A stretch of DNA of 64,000 nt from Eledone cirrhosa (lineage: Eukaryota). The position numbers were made by a program, and so were the translations under genes. The notes below the pieces were generated by a model that was given only the letters and a program-made list of their open reading frames with translations, had not been told where the DNA came from and searched no databases. The DNA lies in the NCBI GenBank assembly GCA_964016885.1, contig OZ024741.1, forward strand, positions 43,276,001 to 43,340,000. Direction: 5' to 3'. How positions within the stretch are numbered: position 1 is the first letter of the stretch; each line of letters starts with the position of its first letter. Shown here one piece after another: positions 42,566 through 55,596 of the stretch.

Positions 42566-42654
42566 AATCTCTCTTTCGCGCGCTCTCTCTCTCTCTCTGA
42601 TTCCCTCTCCCCTCTCTCGTTCTCCTTCTCTCTCTCTTTCTCTCTCTCTCTCTT

Positions 42655-42693
<39 letters not shown>

Positions 42694-42710
42694 ATATATA
42701 TATATATATA

Positions 42711-42890
42711 AGTTTATTCCGGGTTCAATCGGGGGGTAATCTCAGTAGGTAAGGTACTCAATACATAGCAGAGTATAATTATTTAATAAAAGAAATGGCT
42801 TCTACAGGACTAGAGCTGTTTCATTCGGGAGAAATGAGGGCTTCCTGATGATCTTCTCGAATGAAACAGCTGTAGAAGCCATTTCTATAT

Positions 42891-42893
<3 letters not shown>
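42711..42893. mobile_element. Mini fold-back with HHR (42839-42880, plus) and ~70-nt tail on the left
   Basis: ggcttc CTGATGA ... GAAAC agct GTA gaagcc; inverted half copy at 42781-42832. Confidence 0.8.
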
Positions 42894-42987
<94 letters not shown>

Positions 42988-43845
42988 AGAAATAAATGGA
43001 AAAGATACTCAAAGATTATATAGTACAATGGAGGGTTATTCCCCTTCTCACTCTCCTCTATCTACCTTGCATTGGATTTTATCCGGACTTGACTCAACTG
43101 TCAACCAGGCTATCTCTTCGGATCACTGGGCTTTTTCCTTACTTTTACATATGTAAATATATGTAAGTGAATCGTGCTCAGCTTTTTTCCGTAAAATTGC
43201 ATTATCAGTATTTAAACATTTTAGAGATTTATATAAGCAGTGCATGATTCGCAAAAATTTTGAGGACTGCCCATACACTTAAGTGCATTCCTTCAAAAAT
43301 GTGCTATTTACTTTTGATAGCGTTCAGAATGACATGCATAATCTACTTGATGATGAGATATTCGTATTCAAGAATAGCTAAATAGTGGAATTTACTTTAT
43401 TCCCATTGATTTCCCGTAGAATATGACAATGATCTCTTTAAATTAAGCCATTACTAGAAGCTTGCCTAATATAGGTGGTTTCTTTTGTGTTAATATTCCT
43501 CTTATTAGACCCTTTATGGTTTTCTGATATAGCGTATTTTATTGCCATCTGTACATTCTGCTGTTCTTTTATGACCATCTAATTGTACTTCATTTTAATC
43601 GTTTATCAATTATTTATATCACACGCTCTTAATTGCTATCTTATACTTATCTAGAATATATGTTGCATTAACGCCACACGTCGACTAAAGAAAAATCAAC
43701 ATTAAACAACCTAAAATACAATAACCAACCGGCTGATATCCATGTGGATGTGGACACATAGCTATCATAATACAATAGACACATAAATATATAAATATAT
43801 CAGTGTATAAAGTGCTGGTCATGTTATCATAGAGTCTGAAATAAT

Positions 43846-44030
43846 TGTTTCTACTTTAGGCACAAGGCCAGCAATTACCCAGTGGATTACTGGTACTTTA
43901 TTTTATCGACCCCGTAAGGATGAAAGGCAAAGTCAACCTCGACGGGATTTGAACTCAGATCGTAAAGGGACGTAACTATGCTCGAAAGCATGGCGTCCGA
44001 CCCTCTACCGATACTGCCAATCCACCGCCC
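43846..44030 (-). mobile_element. Full-length Deu/Nin-like tRNA SINE with 17-bp target-site duplication
   Basis: atagagtctgaaataat at 43829-43845 and 44031-44047; B-box gagttcaaatccc on the minus strand. Confidence 0.9.
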
Positions 44031-44351
44031 ATAGAGTCTGAAATAATACAATATTTACAGTTAAGTAAAATGTAAATGACAAAAAAGTAGTACTTTTTTC
44101 AAAATATACAATATAATTGTGCTACCTAGGAAACAGTAATGAAGATGAAAGTGTGTAACAGAGCATATATGCAATAAATCATCTTGAGTATTCACAGAGC
44201 AGCTTCAATAAATACCAAAAACAAAAAAACAAAAATGATATATTGCGAATAATAACATGGATTATATAATGAAATAAAATAATAAATTGTATTTCTTTGA
44301 CAAAATATGGTAGTGAGGAAAAATTCTAAACTTCAATGAAAAATATAATAT

Positions 44352-44463
44352 AATTGTTTCTATTTTTGGCACAAGGCTAGCAATTAACCAGTACATTACT
44401 GGTACTTTATTTTATCCACCCCGTAAGGATGAAAGGCAAAGTTAACCTCGGCGGGATTTGAAC
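44352..44463 (-). mobile_element. Truncated Deu/Nin-like SINE
   Basis: Homologous to 43846-43955. Confidence 0.8.
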
Positions 44464-44485
44464 TATATATATATATATATATATA

Positions 44486-44698
44486 TTAGAAAGTGAGGTT
44501 TTTTTTACAAAATGAAAAATAACCGAGGTGTCCTACACGAGTGAAAGTATAAAGAAAAAGAGAGGAAATCGAAAATGCAACTGGAGTCTTATTTTTTTTT
44601 TAAATATATATATTTATTTGGTTCCTTTACCAGTTTTGCAGTTCTTCTGCTTTTCAAAAGATGAGTTGAGATGGAGGGTCTGTGGTTTTTCTAACACA
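44486..44698 (-). mobile_element. Neptune-like PLE 3' tip with decayed HHR
   Basis: Matches 31815-32025. Confidence 0.88.
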
Positions 44699-44726
44699 TA
44701 TATATATATATATATATTTTTTTTTT

Positions 44727-45040
44727 AGTATATGTTGGTTGTATACCAACACCTCAGTATGCAGGCTGGAGCACTTGACGAAGTGCGCAGGTTGGTTTGG
44801 TTACTCCGGAGTAATGTAAAATAAAGTAAAATAAATAAGTCCAATGTTTAAAATTTAGCTTCGTTTATTACTGCTATATATATTTCGGTGAGAGCCGTCT
44901 TTGGCCGTGACCTCTTCAAGCAGTCCGAATTAGTGTGGTATGGACAAATACATATGTTGTTGAGGTGCATAATTTTGTCAATACTCCGATATGCCCAGTT
45001 CCTGGTTGGGTTGTTATTTCACTGAGGAACTGGAATCATA
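44727..45040 (-). mobile_element. Relative of the 14327 HHR element (HHR 44871-44923, C3>U)
   Basis: Colinear with 14327-14640. Confidence 0.8.
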
Positions 45041-45091
45041 TATATATATATCATATATATATATATCATATATATATATAAATATATATAT

Positions 45092-45122
<31 letters not shown>

Positions 45123-45128
<6 letters not shown>

Positions 45129-45882
45129 TATGAAGAGAGAAGAAACATTTAGATATAATTAGTAATAAAATGTATCATACCTAAACTGTTCCTAAATTCC
45201 TCGATTACGTAGTTTCGTGGCATAAACAAAAACAATATATCAAAGATATAGAGTCCTTGCGAGGTCTGCCGACTTATCAAGAGGATACCTCATTTTACTA
45301 GTCTCAAGAACGCGTCTACACGACGTGAGAAAGAATCCCAAAAGGCGGAGGGGGAGATAGTCACGCGATATAACGGTCGAGAAACAGAGCTAAGCCTCTT
45401 ATAACCACGAAAAAAATACCACGGAGGCGGAGGGGGTATTCATATCGAGGCCGTAGAAGAGGTAGTGAAGAAGGCGAGAAGTATGAGTAATGGAAGCTTT
45501 CCAGTTGTCCCCACACTTCAAAGATTGCTCGACCAGAGGGAGTTATTAATACATTTAGAAACACACAGATACATGCGGACACACACATATATACATGAAT
45601 GCATCCGCACCCAACTGTGAGTTAAGGGTGCCAACTTCACCGATGTTGCTCAATGAATGACTGGGACAGACCAATTCAGTTTGAACCAGACTGAACCAGT
45701 ATCAGAGTTAAAAATACATTATGAAGAGAGAAGAAACATTTAGATATAATTAGTAATAAAATGTATCATACCTAAACTGTTCCTAAATTCCTCGACTACG
45801 TAGTTTCGTGGCATAAACAAAAACAATATATCAAAGATATAGAGTCCTTGCGAGGTCTGCCGACTTATCAAGAGGATACCTC

Positions 45883-45886
<4 letters not shown>
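45123..45886 (-). mobile_element. Second insertion of the 591-bp retrozyme-like unit (~1.3 units; HHRs 45199-45284 and 45790-45875)
   Basis: Near-identical to the 24951-26791 unit but in a different circular phase. Confidence 0.92.
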
Positions 45887-45942
<56 letters not shown>

Positions 45943-46135
45943 AACGAAGGAAATGTGGTAAAGAACCAGATGGACCATAACGCACCAAAGTACTCAATAC
46001 TTAAGGTAGTAGAGTGGCTAATAGGAACAAGTATGACCCCGACAGCAGAGCTCAAGCCGTTTCGACGGCTAATTCAGTCTTGAATTAGCCGTCGAAACGG
46101 CTTGAGCTCTGCCGTCGGGGTCATACTTGTTCCTA
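45943..46135 (-). mobile_element. Short fold-back remnant of PLE family A
   Basis: Same layout as 1738-1933 in the opposite orientation. Confidence 0.88.
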
Positions 46136-46145
46136 TATATATATG

Positions 46146-46214
<69 letters not shown>

Positions 46215-46327
46215 TCATTAGTAAAGCGAAACAGACCACAGATTTCCCAAGGAAGACATTATTAAAAGATTGTCAACATATTTTAGTTTGATGTAAGGAA
46301 TGTAGAGAATAATAATAATATTAATAA

Positions 46328-46457
46328 TAATTGTTTCTACTTTTGGCACATGGCCAGCAATTATCCCAGTGTATTACTGGTACTTTATTTTATCGACCCC
46401 TTAAGGATGAAAGGCAAAGTTAACCTCGGCGGGATTTGAACTCAGACCATAAAGGGA
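46328..46457 (-). mobile_element. Truncated Deu/Nin-like SINE
   Basis: Homologous to 43846-43970. Confidence 0.8.
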
Positions 46458-46574
46458 ATAATAATAATGTCCGTTTACAATTGTTTCGCTACTCCATATA
46501 ATATTTCTGGATCAAATGCTTATATATCATTATTGATCTGGTTCAGTTGAAAATAATTAACATAGGTAGAAATA

Positions 46575-48230
46575 GAGCAGCTCATCGGAATATTACATAA
46601 CATCAGAGCCGAAATCCAACCCTTGCAAGGAGGAATGTATAGCGACGACGCCCTATTTGCAGTTCACAATTACACTAATCGAGGCATTGACTTGCTCAAA
46701 AAACAATTACGCAGATTCTTTAAAAATAACGGTCTCTCTATCACCATCGAGCCGAACCATAAAGTAGTAAACTTCCTAGACGTTACCCTGGATCTTAACA
46801 ATAACCTATATTACCCTTAGCATAAACCAGGTGAAATACTTACATATATTAGCCCACACTCTAACCACCTACCGGCAGTCATCAGAGCAGTAATCAAATC
46901 TATCTCATATAGGATCTCCATGCTATCAGCAAATGAGGAGATATTTATGAACCATGCAGCATATTATAATAATGCTCTTTCTGAATCTGGTTATGAACAG
47001 TCCATTAACTACATACCTAAATGCCATAACACAGCAATTCACCACAACCATAATAAACTTAACACTAGAACTAGAAATACCTTAGCATATGGCCAGATTC
47101 GCAGGAATGTTAGCAGTAACAGCACTTATACAGGAAACCTTAATGGTGGGAGTGGCCTGCTTCCCACTCCAAGTAGCAAATTAAAAATTAACCCTAGAAT
47201 AGGAATGAGCAAAGGGATGACAAATAATAAATGCCCAGGTAATAATAAACTTATGAAGGCCCCTACCAACTCCACTAGAACCCCTAGAAGGAACAGGCCC
47301 AGAAATATCACCTGGTTTAACCCCCATTCTCATCTAATCTAGCCACTAATATCCCTAAACGCCTCTTCTCTATCATATCTAACCCCCACCCCAACCATAG
47401 ATATTACAAACTCTTTAATAAAAATAACATTAAAATCTCATTCTCCACAACACCTAACCTAGCTAGCCACATCGCATTCACTAACCATCATAAACTAAGA
47501 CAGTATAACACCCACACCGCAGTACCACCACCCCCATCAAATACACCACGCCATTACACCAATACTTACTCTAGTAGCACACCTCCCCCATCTAATCCTG
47601 CTAGCACTGACCAACCGCTTAGGTTAAACAACCCTACTCTCACTAACCGCAGAAGTAACTGCAACTGCCATTACCCTAATGCATGCCCACTAAACGGACA
47701 TTGCCTGACACCCAACATAGTCTATAGGTGCACGGTTAAAACTGCTTCGCAGACCAGCTCATTTGTCGGGTCTAACTCTAACTTTTTTAAGGTATGCTAT
47801 AACGCGCACTCTTTTTCCTTCCGAGACCCTAACAATAGATATTCGACATCTCTAGCTAGGCTCATTAAAAACCTTAAATTAACCAACATTGAAACTCACA
47901 AGACTGACCTAAAAGAAGTATAAATAAATAAATAAATAGATAAATAAATAAATACATACACAAGCACAATAACAACAAACACATATAAACACACACTAGT
48001 AAAGATAGAATACATTAACCAATACACAGTCACCCAATCACGAACACACATCAAACAAAACACTATACACACACCCAAACGCATGCGCAAAGAAGACAAA
48101 AAACAAAACAAATAAATAAATATATAAACAGACTAAATAAAGATGGCGTAGAAAATACAATGCAACGGGAGGAAACAATAACACGACTGACGATGTTGCA
48201 GATGTGCAATGAAAGAACTTTGATAGACTA
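46575..48230 (+). pseudogene. Decayed Hydra-type PLE (RT YSDD to GIY-YIG) with HHR-like motif at 48181-48222
   Basis: GGMYSDDAL, VNFLDVTLDL, SNH, TWFNP, CNCHYPNACPLNGHC..IVY..FVG; CTGACGA t-g-ttgca gatg tgcaa-t GAAA. Confidence 0.85.
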
Positions 48231-48445
48231 TATATATGTGTTTGTATCTATATTGTATCTCTATTTTTGACCGTTGGTCAGTCAATGGCAACATTGAGGA
48301 CCGAATAAATTAAATTAATCGATATAAAAGACACAGAAGCGAAAAGCGAAAACCAACCAAACAGTGAGTGTGTTCTGTTATTAATTCTGGCAATATTACA
48401 CAAATATGACCCTCCCCAGGTATAACAATATATATACATACATAT

Positions 48446-49452
48446 CTCCACGTGGAGTCGGTAACGGTCATTCCCTAAATTAGCACTCGAACTAAAACCT
48501 GTTGAAAAAGTGGCTTCCTTGTTCAATCATCTTACCAGTAGCCTAACATTATATATGTGAGCGGGCAGTACTTGATTTAGGAGTCGCAGAAACCCAAATG
48601 CTGGATTTTACCAACCATCCAGGGATCCGGGTAAATTTTCAATCACATATATTTTTATTTGTTCGACCCGAATTACTTGGTCGTTTTTTTTGGCTGTTCG
48701 GATGATTGTTTAACCATCGTCTCAGTGTGTTTGGCCTTTAGCGTATGTTGTAGCTCTGGTTCATCTGAATCATTGAGCGTTGGCCACACATCTCGGACGT
48801 TGTTTTTCGTTAATTCCTAAGCCGAAATACGATTCTCGCTAATATATATTTGTATTAATCTCCATAGTCTAGCTATTGACCAGTTAATTTTCTTGATATT
48901 TTTAGTTGATTCTATTGACTGATGAATAGCTTATGTTAACTTATAACCATTCTGTTGAGAGCTTTATTCGATTTGTGATGTTTTGCATTCTCGCAATAAT
49001 ATACACAACTGAATTCATTCCCCTAAAATAAGGGTTGCCTCCCTTGCCGAGCTCCACGTGGAGTCGGTAACGGTCATTCCCTAAATTAGAACTCGAACCA
49101 AAACCTGTTGAAAAAGAGTCTTCCTTGTTCAATCATCTTACCAGAAGCCTAACATTATTTATGTAAACGGACAGTACTTGATTTAGCAGTCGCAGAAACC
49201 CAAATGCTGGATTTTACCAACCATCTAGGGGTCCGGGTAAATTTTCAATCACATATATTTTTATTTGTTTGACCCGAATTACTTGGTCGTTTTTTGTGGC
49301 TGTGCGGATGATTGTTTAACCATCGTCTCAGTGTGTTTGACCTTTAACGTATGTTGTAGCTCTGGTTCATCTGAATCATTGAGCGCTTGCCACAGATCAG
49401 GGAGGTTGTTTTTCGTTAATTCCTAAGTCGAAATACGATTCTCGGTAATTTA
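48446..49452. repeat. Direct repeat, period ~606 bp (48446-48845 vs 49052-49452)
   Basis: Paired similar ORF-track entries 48278-48526 and 48941-49132; visible alignment. Confidence 0.9.
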
Positions 49453-49850
49453 TATTTATATATATATATATATATATATAGGTTTAGGAATAACCAAAGA
49501 CTGCTTAGAAATACATTGTTTAATTAGCTAACAGTGTTTCATCCGTACCCTAAGGCAGGAATCAACAGAACCAATAAACAAAAGTATATCAATAGTTGCA
49601 TGCTCCATCAAGCTGCGTCACCAGAACAAGGCTAAAGGACCAGCAAGGGGGTCCCGAGGCCAGCGCTATATAGAAAAAGACACAATACATGACGCATATA
49701 ATGTCATAAAATGTCATAAAAAATTACACCACCAGTTATCCTACATTGAGGTAAAACCACACTGTCATGCCAAGGGCAATATGTCTGCGCGTCTTGGCAC
49801 ATTGATATATTTGTCAACGATACTATATATAAATATATAAATATATATAC

Positions 49851-49941
<91 letters not shown>

Positions 49942-49977
49942 AAAATGGAACGGGAACAAAACAGAGTGGCAGTACAA

Positions 49978-50120
<143 letters not shown>

Positions 50121-50136
50121 TATAAATATATATATA

Positions 50137-53100
50137 GGAACAAGTGCGACCTCGACGGGAGAGCTCAAGCCATTTCGACGGCTAATTCTGGACTAAATAA
50201 GAATTGTTAGCCTGGTAAATAAGTAGCCGGACATCTCAGGTGGTAATTCCATATATGGGAAGATAGTAATTGTCAAAAGGATTGGTGAAAATTTGTTGTA
50301 AAGACAGTTGATTCTATCATGGCATTTAGTGGAAGGTAGGGGTAGCTGAACTTGCCGGTAGAACAAAGGGAGAGTGGGGGGAAGCCCAGTCAAGTGTTGA
50401 AAGTGAAATCTATACAACAGATTCTAAGGATAGAGTATAGAAGGTCGAAAAAAGTGTACTGGAGAATGGGAGTGGAGGGGAGGGGGTCAAAAAATAAGTA
50501 AATCGAAAGGGAGTAAACAAACAAGCCATTATAAAGATGAGGAGATAAATATATAATAAAAAAACAAATATATAAAAAAACAACAATTTCTGGTTACTAT
50601 TTCATCCCCACAATCCCCAAATCTCTCATTGGTATTGTTAAGCTATAGAAAAGTATAGGTGGAGAAAAATGCTAAATACGGGATTGTAGTGAAAGCACTT
50701 TATAAAGCCATCTTTACAGGGGTTCTGACACCACTGCAATAGTTAGTAGTAAACAGCCAATGCTATCTTACAATGACAGGTTAATAAGTTGAGGACAAAC
50801 ATACTAAAAAACTAATACGAAATATTAATTCAGAATGCTAATACATACTAATACCAAGAATACTAAAGCAAAGATACCACTAAGAATTTTATAAAGCTAT
50901 CTTTACAGGCTGTCTAACACCACTGCAATAGTTTGTAGTAATCAGCCAATGCTATCTTACAATGACAGGTTAATAAGTTGAGGACAAACATACTAAAAAA
51001 CTAATACGAAATATTAATTCAGAATACTAATACAATAAATACTAATACAAGAATACCAATGCAGAAATACCACTAAGAAATTTAGAAATCACAGAAATGG
51101 AGCAGCAACCAGAAAGAAGGCAATTATCTGTGGTCTAACACATCTGCTATAAAAATCGTAATGGGCCAATTCTATCTTAAAATTAAGGGAATGGGGGCTG
51201 AGGCTACAGAGGACCGATGGGCTGCATCGAGGTGGGCGAAAAGTTGAAAAAAAAAAGACGGCAAGGAAGGATGTCTGGGGTGGAAGGACTAGGAAGAGAT
51301 GGGGGAAGAAGGAACTATAGAGGAAAAGATAATAAAACTATAAAATTTACGTCTACCTTTGTAAGCAGGGATTACCCCTTACAAAGTCGGCAAGTGTGTG
51401 TTTCAGCACTTGTCTACCCCCCTCGCCCCAGGGTCATTATGGGGTTTGAGGGAGAGGTAAGTCCTACGCAATCTGTGTTTGCATGCAGTTACCAATTCGT
51501 CTTTCTTGTTTAGGAGTTGGTCATTCGAAAACAGCATTTGTAATGATTCCTCCGAGCATAAGTTACACGGACGGCGTCCTCCCGTGTAAGAGTTAGCACT
51601 GGACAGTAAGCTCCAAGTTAGATTGTATGTTATATTATTATCTTTGAGGTCCCAGGTGTGGCCCGAGAGTGTAGTGGTGTGACGCCGGGCCGGGTTTCGG
51701 AAAGTATGTCTGTGTAGGTAGATCCGGGTCTTGAAGTCACAAGCGGTTACTCCTATATAAGCTTTGTTGGAGGTGTCCGTCCTCATGTTGCACTGGTAGA
51801 TCACATTACGATCTCGGCATCTGTTGTTGAGGGGGCAAAGGGATCTATGAAGACAGTTTCACCTGCTGGTCGACTCTCCACTGCTGTCTCGGTTATTTCT
51901 TCCATAGCGGTTGAGTTTTTTGTTGTTAGATGAGACGATGTTTTGTGTGAAGTTAGGTGTGGTGCTGTAGGAGAGTTTAATGGTGTTTTTGTTGATTATG
52001 TTATGGTAGCGGTGTTGTAGTGGGAAGTGTTTTTCGATGAGCCTAAAGAAGATTTTCCCGATAGGTGTTGTCACCTTGGCATTGTGGGGATGATTGAGCG
52101 GCGGTGTCGCCTGCTGGTTCCGCTAATGGAAGCTGGATTTTAGGATATTTCATTTTGGAAGCCACTCCGCTTGAGGGCCTGGTTGTAATAAGGCGCATGT
52201 TCATCGAATATCTGCTCATTGGCGGACAGACGAGATATGCGGAGGGAGATGTTTTTAACTACGTTATTGGTGATGTTTCTAGGGTGGTTCGACCGGCCGT
52301 GGATGTAATGAAGGTTGTCGTTAGGTTTCAAATATGTGTAGTACCTAACCCGAGTAAACTTCCTGGACGTTAGACTTAATCTCGATAATGATCTGTACTA
52401 CCCATACAGGAAACCTAACTGCATTTAATCCACCGCCGGTCGAACCATCCTAGAAACATCACCAATAACCTGGTTAAAACATCTCCCTCCGCATATCTCG
52501 TCTGTCCGCCAATGAGCAGATATTAGATGAACATGCGCCTTATTACAACCAGGCCCTCAAGCGGAGTGGCTTCCGGGAGGAAATATCCTATTATTCAGCT
52601 TCCATTAGCGGAACCAGCAGGCGACACCGCCGCTCACGCAACGTAACGTGGTTCAATCCTCCCCCACAATGCCGAGGTGACAACACCTATCGGGAAATCT
52701 TCTTTAGGCTCATCGAAAAACATTTCCCACTACAACACCGCTACCACAACATAATCAACAAAAATACCATTAAACTTTCCTACAACACCACACCTAACTT
52801 CACACAAAACATCGTCTCCTCTAATAGCAAAAAATTCAACCCCTATGGAAGAAATAGCCGAGACAGAAGTGGAGAGTCGACCAGCAGCTGAAACAGTCCT
52901 AATAAATCCCTTTGCCCCTCAACAACAGATGCCGAGATCGTAATGTGATCTACCAGTGCAACGTGAGGACGGACACCCCCAACAAAGCTTATATAGGAGT
53001 AACCGCTTGTGACTTCAAGACCCGGCTCTACCTACACAGACATACTTTCCAAAACCCGGCCCGGCGTCACACCACTACACACTTGGGCCACAACTGGGAC

Positions 53101-54415
53101 CTCAAAGATAATAATATAACATACAATCTCACTTGGAGCTTACTGTTCAGAGCTAACTCTTACAGGGGATGACGCCTTCCGTGTAACTTATGCTCGGAGG
53201 AAACGTTACAAATGGTGTTTTCGAAGGACCAACTCTTAAACAAGATACGAATTGGTAACTGCATGCAAACACAGTTTGTGTAGGACTTACCTCGCCCTCA
53301 AACCCCATAATGACCCGGGAAGGGGGGGGGCGGTAGAAAAAGGCTGAAACACCACACTTGCCGACCCTGTAAGGGGTAACCCCTGCTTACAAAGGTAGAC
53401 GTAACTTTTTTATATTTGTTTATCTTTTCCTCTATAGTTCCTTCTTCCCCCATCTCTTCCTAGTCCTTCCACCCCAGACATCCTTCCTTGTCGTCTTTTT
53501 TTTTTCAACTTTTCGCCCACATCGATGTAGCCCATTGGTCCTCTGTAGCCTCACCCCCCCCCCTCCTTAATTTTAAGATAGAATTGGCCGATTACGCTTT
53601 TTATAGCGTTAGGCCCCAGTTAATTGCCTTCTTTCTAGTTGCTGCTCCATTTCCTTGATTTCTAAATTTCTTAGTGGTATTTCTGCATTGGTATTCTTGT
53701 ATTAGTATTTATTGTATTAGTATTCTGAATTAATATTTCGTATTAGTTTTTTAGTAGGTTTGTCCTCAACTTACTAACCTGTCATTGTAAGATAGCATTG
53801 GCTGATTACTACTAACCATTGCAGTGGTGTCAGAACCCGTATTTAGCATTTTTCTCCACCTATACTTTTCTATAGCTTAACAATACCAATGAGAGATTTG
53901 GGGATTGTGGGGATGGAATAGTAACCAGAAATTGTTTTTTTTAATATATTTTTCTCCTCGTCTTTATAATGGCTTGTTTGTTTACTCCCTTTCGATTTAC
54001 CAATTCCCCCCTCCCCTTCTCCAGTACACTTTTTTCGACCTTCTATACACTATCCTTAGAATCTGCTGTGTAGATTTCACTTTCAACGCTTGACTGGGCT
54101 TCCCCCACTCCCTCTTTGTTCTACCAGCAAGTTCAGCTACCCCACTAAAGACCATGATACAATCAACTGTCTATAACAACATTTTGACCAATCCTTTTGA
54201 CAATTACTATTTTCCCATATATGGAATTACCCCCTGAGAAGTTCGGCTACTTATTTACCAGGCTAAACATTCTTGTTTATTCCAGAATTAGCCGTCGAAA
54301 CGGCTTGAGCTGTGCCGTTGGAGTCATACTTGTTCCTATTACCCACTCTACTACGTTAAGTATTGTGTACTTTGGTGCATTATGGTCCATCTGGTTCCTT
54401 ACCACATTTCCTTCG

Positions 54416-54417
<2 letters not shown>
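50137..54417. mobile_element. 4.3-kb palindromic PLE family A insertion: left arm minus (50137-~52330), right arm plus (~52351-54417); each arm has thumb + GIY-YIG + long 3' UTR + HHR (50149-50244, 54229-54324)
   Basis: Mirror ORFs 51403-51804 and 52912-53172 (YIGVTACDFKTR); VNFLDV..YYPYRKPN near the centre; (TA)n flanks. Confidence 0.93.
51403..52074 (-). pseudogene. GIY-YIG endonuclease region with a single in-frame TGA at 51859-51861
   Basis: ORFs 51859-52074 and 51403-51804 are in the same frame and read ...STSR*NCLHRSLCPLNNRCRDRNVIYQC..YIG. Confidence 0.85.
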
Positions 54418-54460
<43 letters not shown>

Positions 54461-54463
<3 letters not shown>

Positions 54464-55509
54464 GAAACGTATAGAAAATATTGTAGCAAATAGCCTACAG
54501 TATTCCATAATATATAAGTGACTATAGCGTCAACATGGGAAAAATAGTTAACGTAAGATGTGGGAAAAATAATTCAAACTCAACTCGAAGAGAATCAGGA
54601 TAAAAATTCATCCACAGAATTTAGTGAAATCCAGGGAAAAATCAATAGAGCCTTAACTCATGATAAAATAAAGTTTAAAATACTCATCCTTCAATTTGGA
54701 AAAAACTTTAAATGCTCTGTATAGTCTTGAAGACTATTTCACGAAAACTTTCAGTGGAGATGGTCACGGTTGGAATTCGATCCTCAGCAGAGCTCAACTC
54801 GATAACCAAATTTCTCACTGATTAATATGCCAAAAAGGGAATTAAAAGCAGGCTAGTTCACCATCATGCGTGATTATGAAAATTAAAACGCACATGTGGA
54901 AAGACAGGGCTGGTGACGTCAGAATGAGACGAATGTGTGTTTACAAGAAACAACAGTCAAAAACATTCCGAAAAAACTCTACAATAGGGAGTTCAGCAAA
55001 AAACAATATTATCGCGGTTTTTTTATAAAAAAATACCGGGATTAGTCATAAATAATTTAAGCACTCTATGAAAGAAATCCGAGTATAAATATATAAATGT
55101 AAGGTATAGAAAATATTGTAGCAAAACGCCAACTGTATTCCATAATATATAAGTGACTATAGCGTCAAAATGGAAAAAATAGTTAACGTAAGACGTGGGA
55201 AAAATAATTCAAACTCAACTCAAAGAGAATCAGGATATAGATTCATCCACAGAATTTAGTGAAATCCAGGGAAAAATCAATAGAGCCTTAACTCATGATA
55301 AAATAAAGTTTAAAATACTCATCCTTCAATTTGGAAAACAAACTTCAAATGCTCTGTATAGTCTTGAAGACTATTTCACGAAAGCTTTCAGTGGAGATGG
55401 TCACGGTTGGAATTTGATCCTCAGCAGAGCTCAACTCGATAACCAAATTTCTCACTGATTAATATGCCAAAAAGGGAATTAAAAGCAGGCTAGTTCACCA
55501 TCATGCGTG

Positions 55510-55512
<3 letters not shown>
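54461..55512 (-). mobile_element. Retrozyme-like partial tandem, period 637 bp, HHRs at 54714-54793 and 55351-55430
   Basis: Minus strand gctctg CTGAGGA ... GAAA tagtct tca agacta TA cagagc; (TA)n flanks. Confidence 0.88.

Positions 55513-55589
<77 letters not shown>

Positions 55590-55596
<7 letters not shown>

Noticed and set aside
49505-49575. Minus-strand CTGTTGA...GAAAC...GTA motif
   Set aside because: Core is mutated and there is no stem I; at best a dead HHR.
53889-53935. ATGA-containing stretches as a SECIS
   Set aside because: No matching 3' GA for the kink-turn and not conserved between arms.
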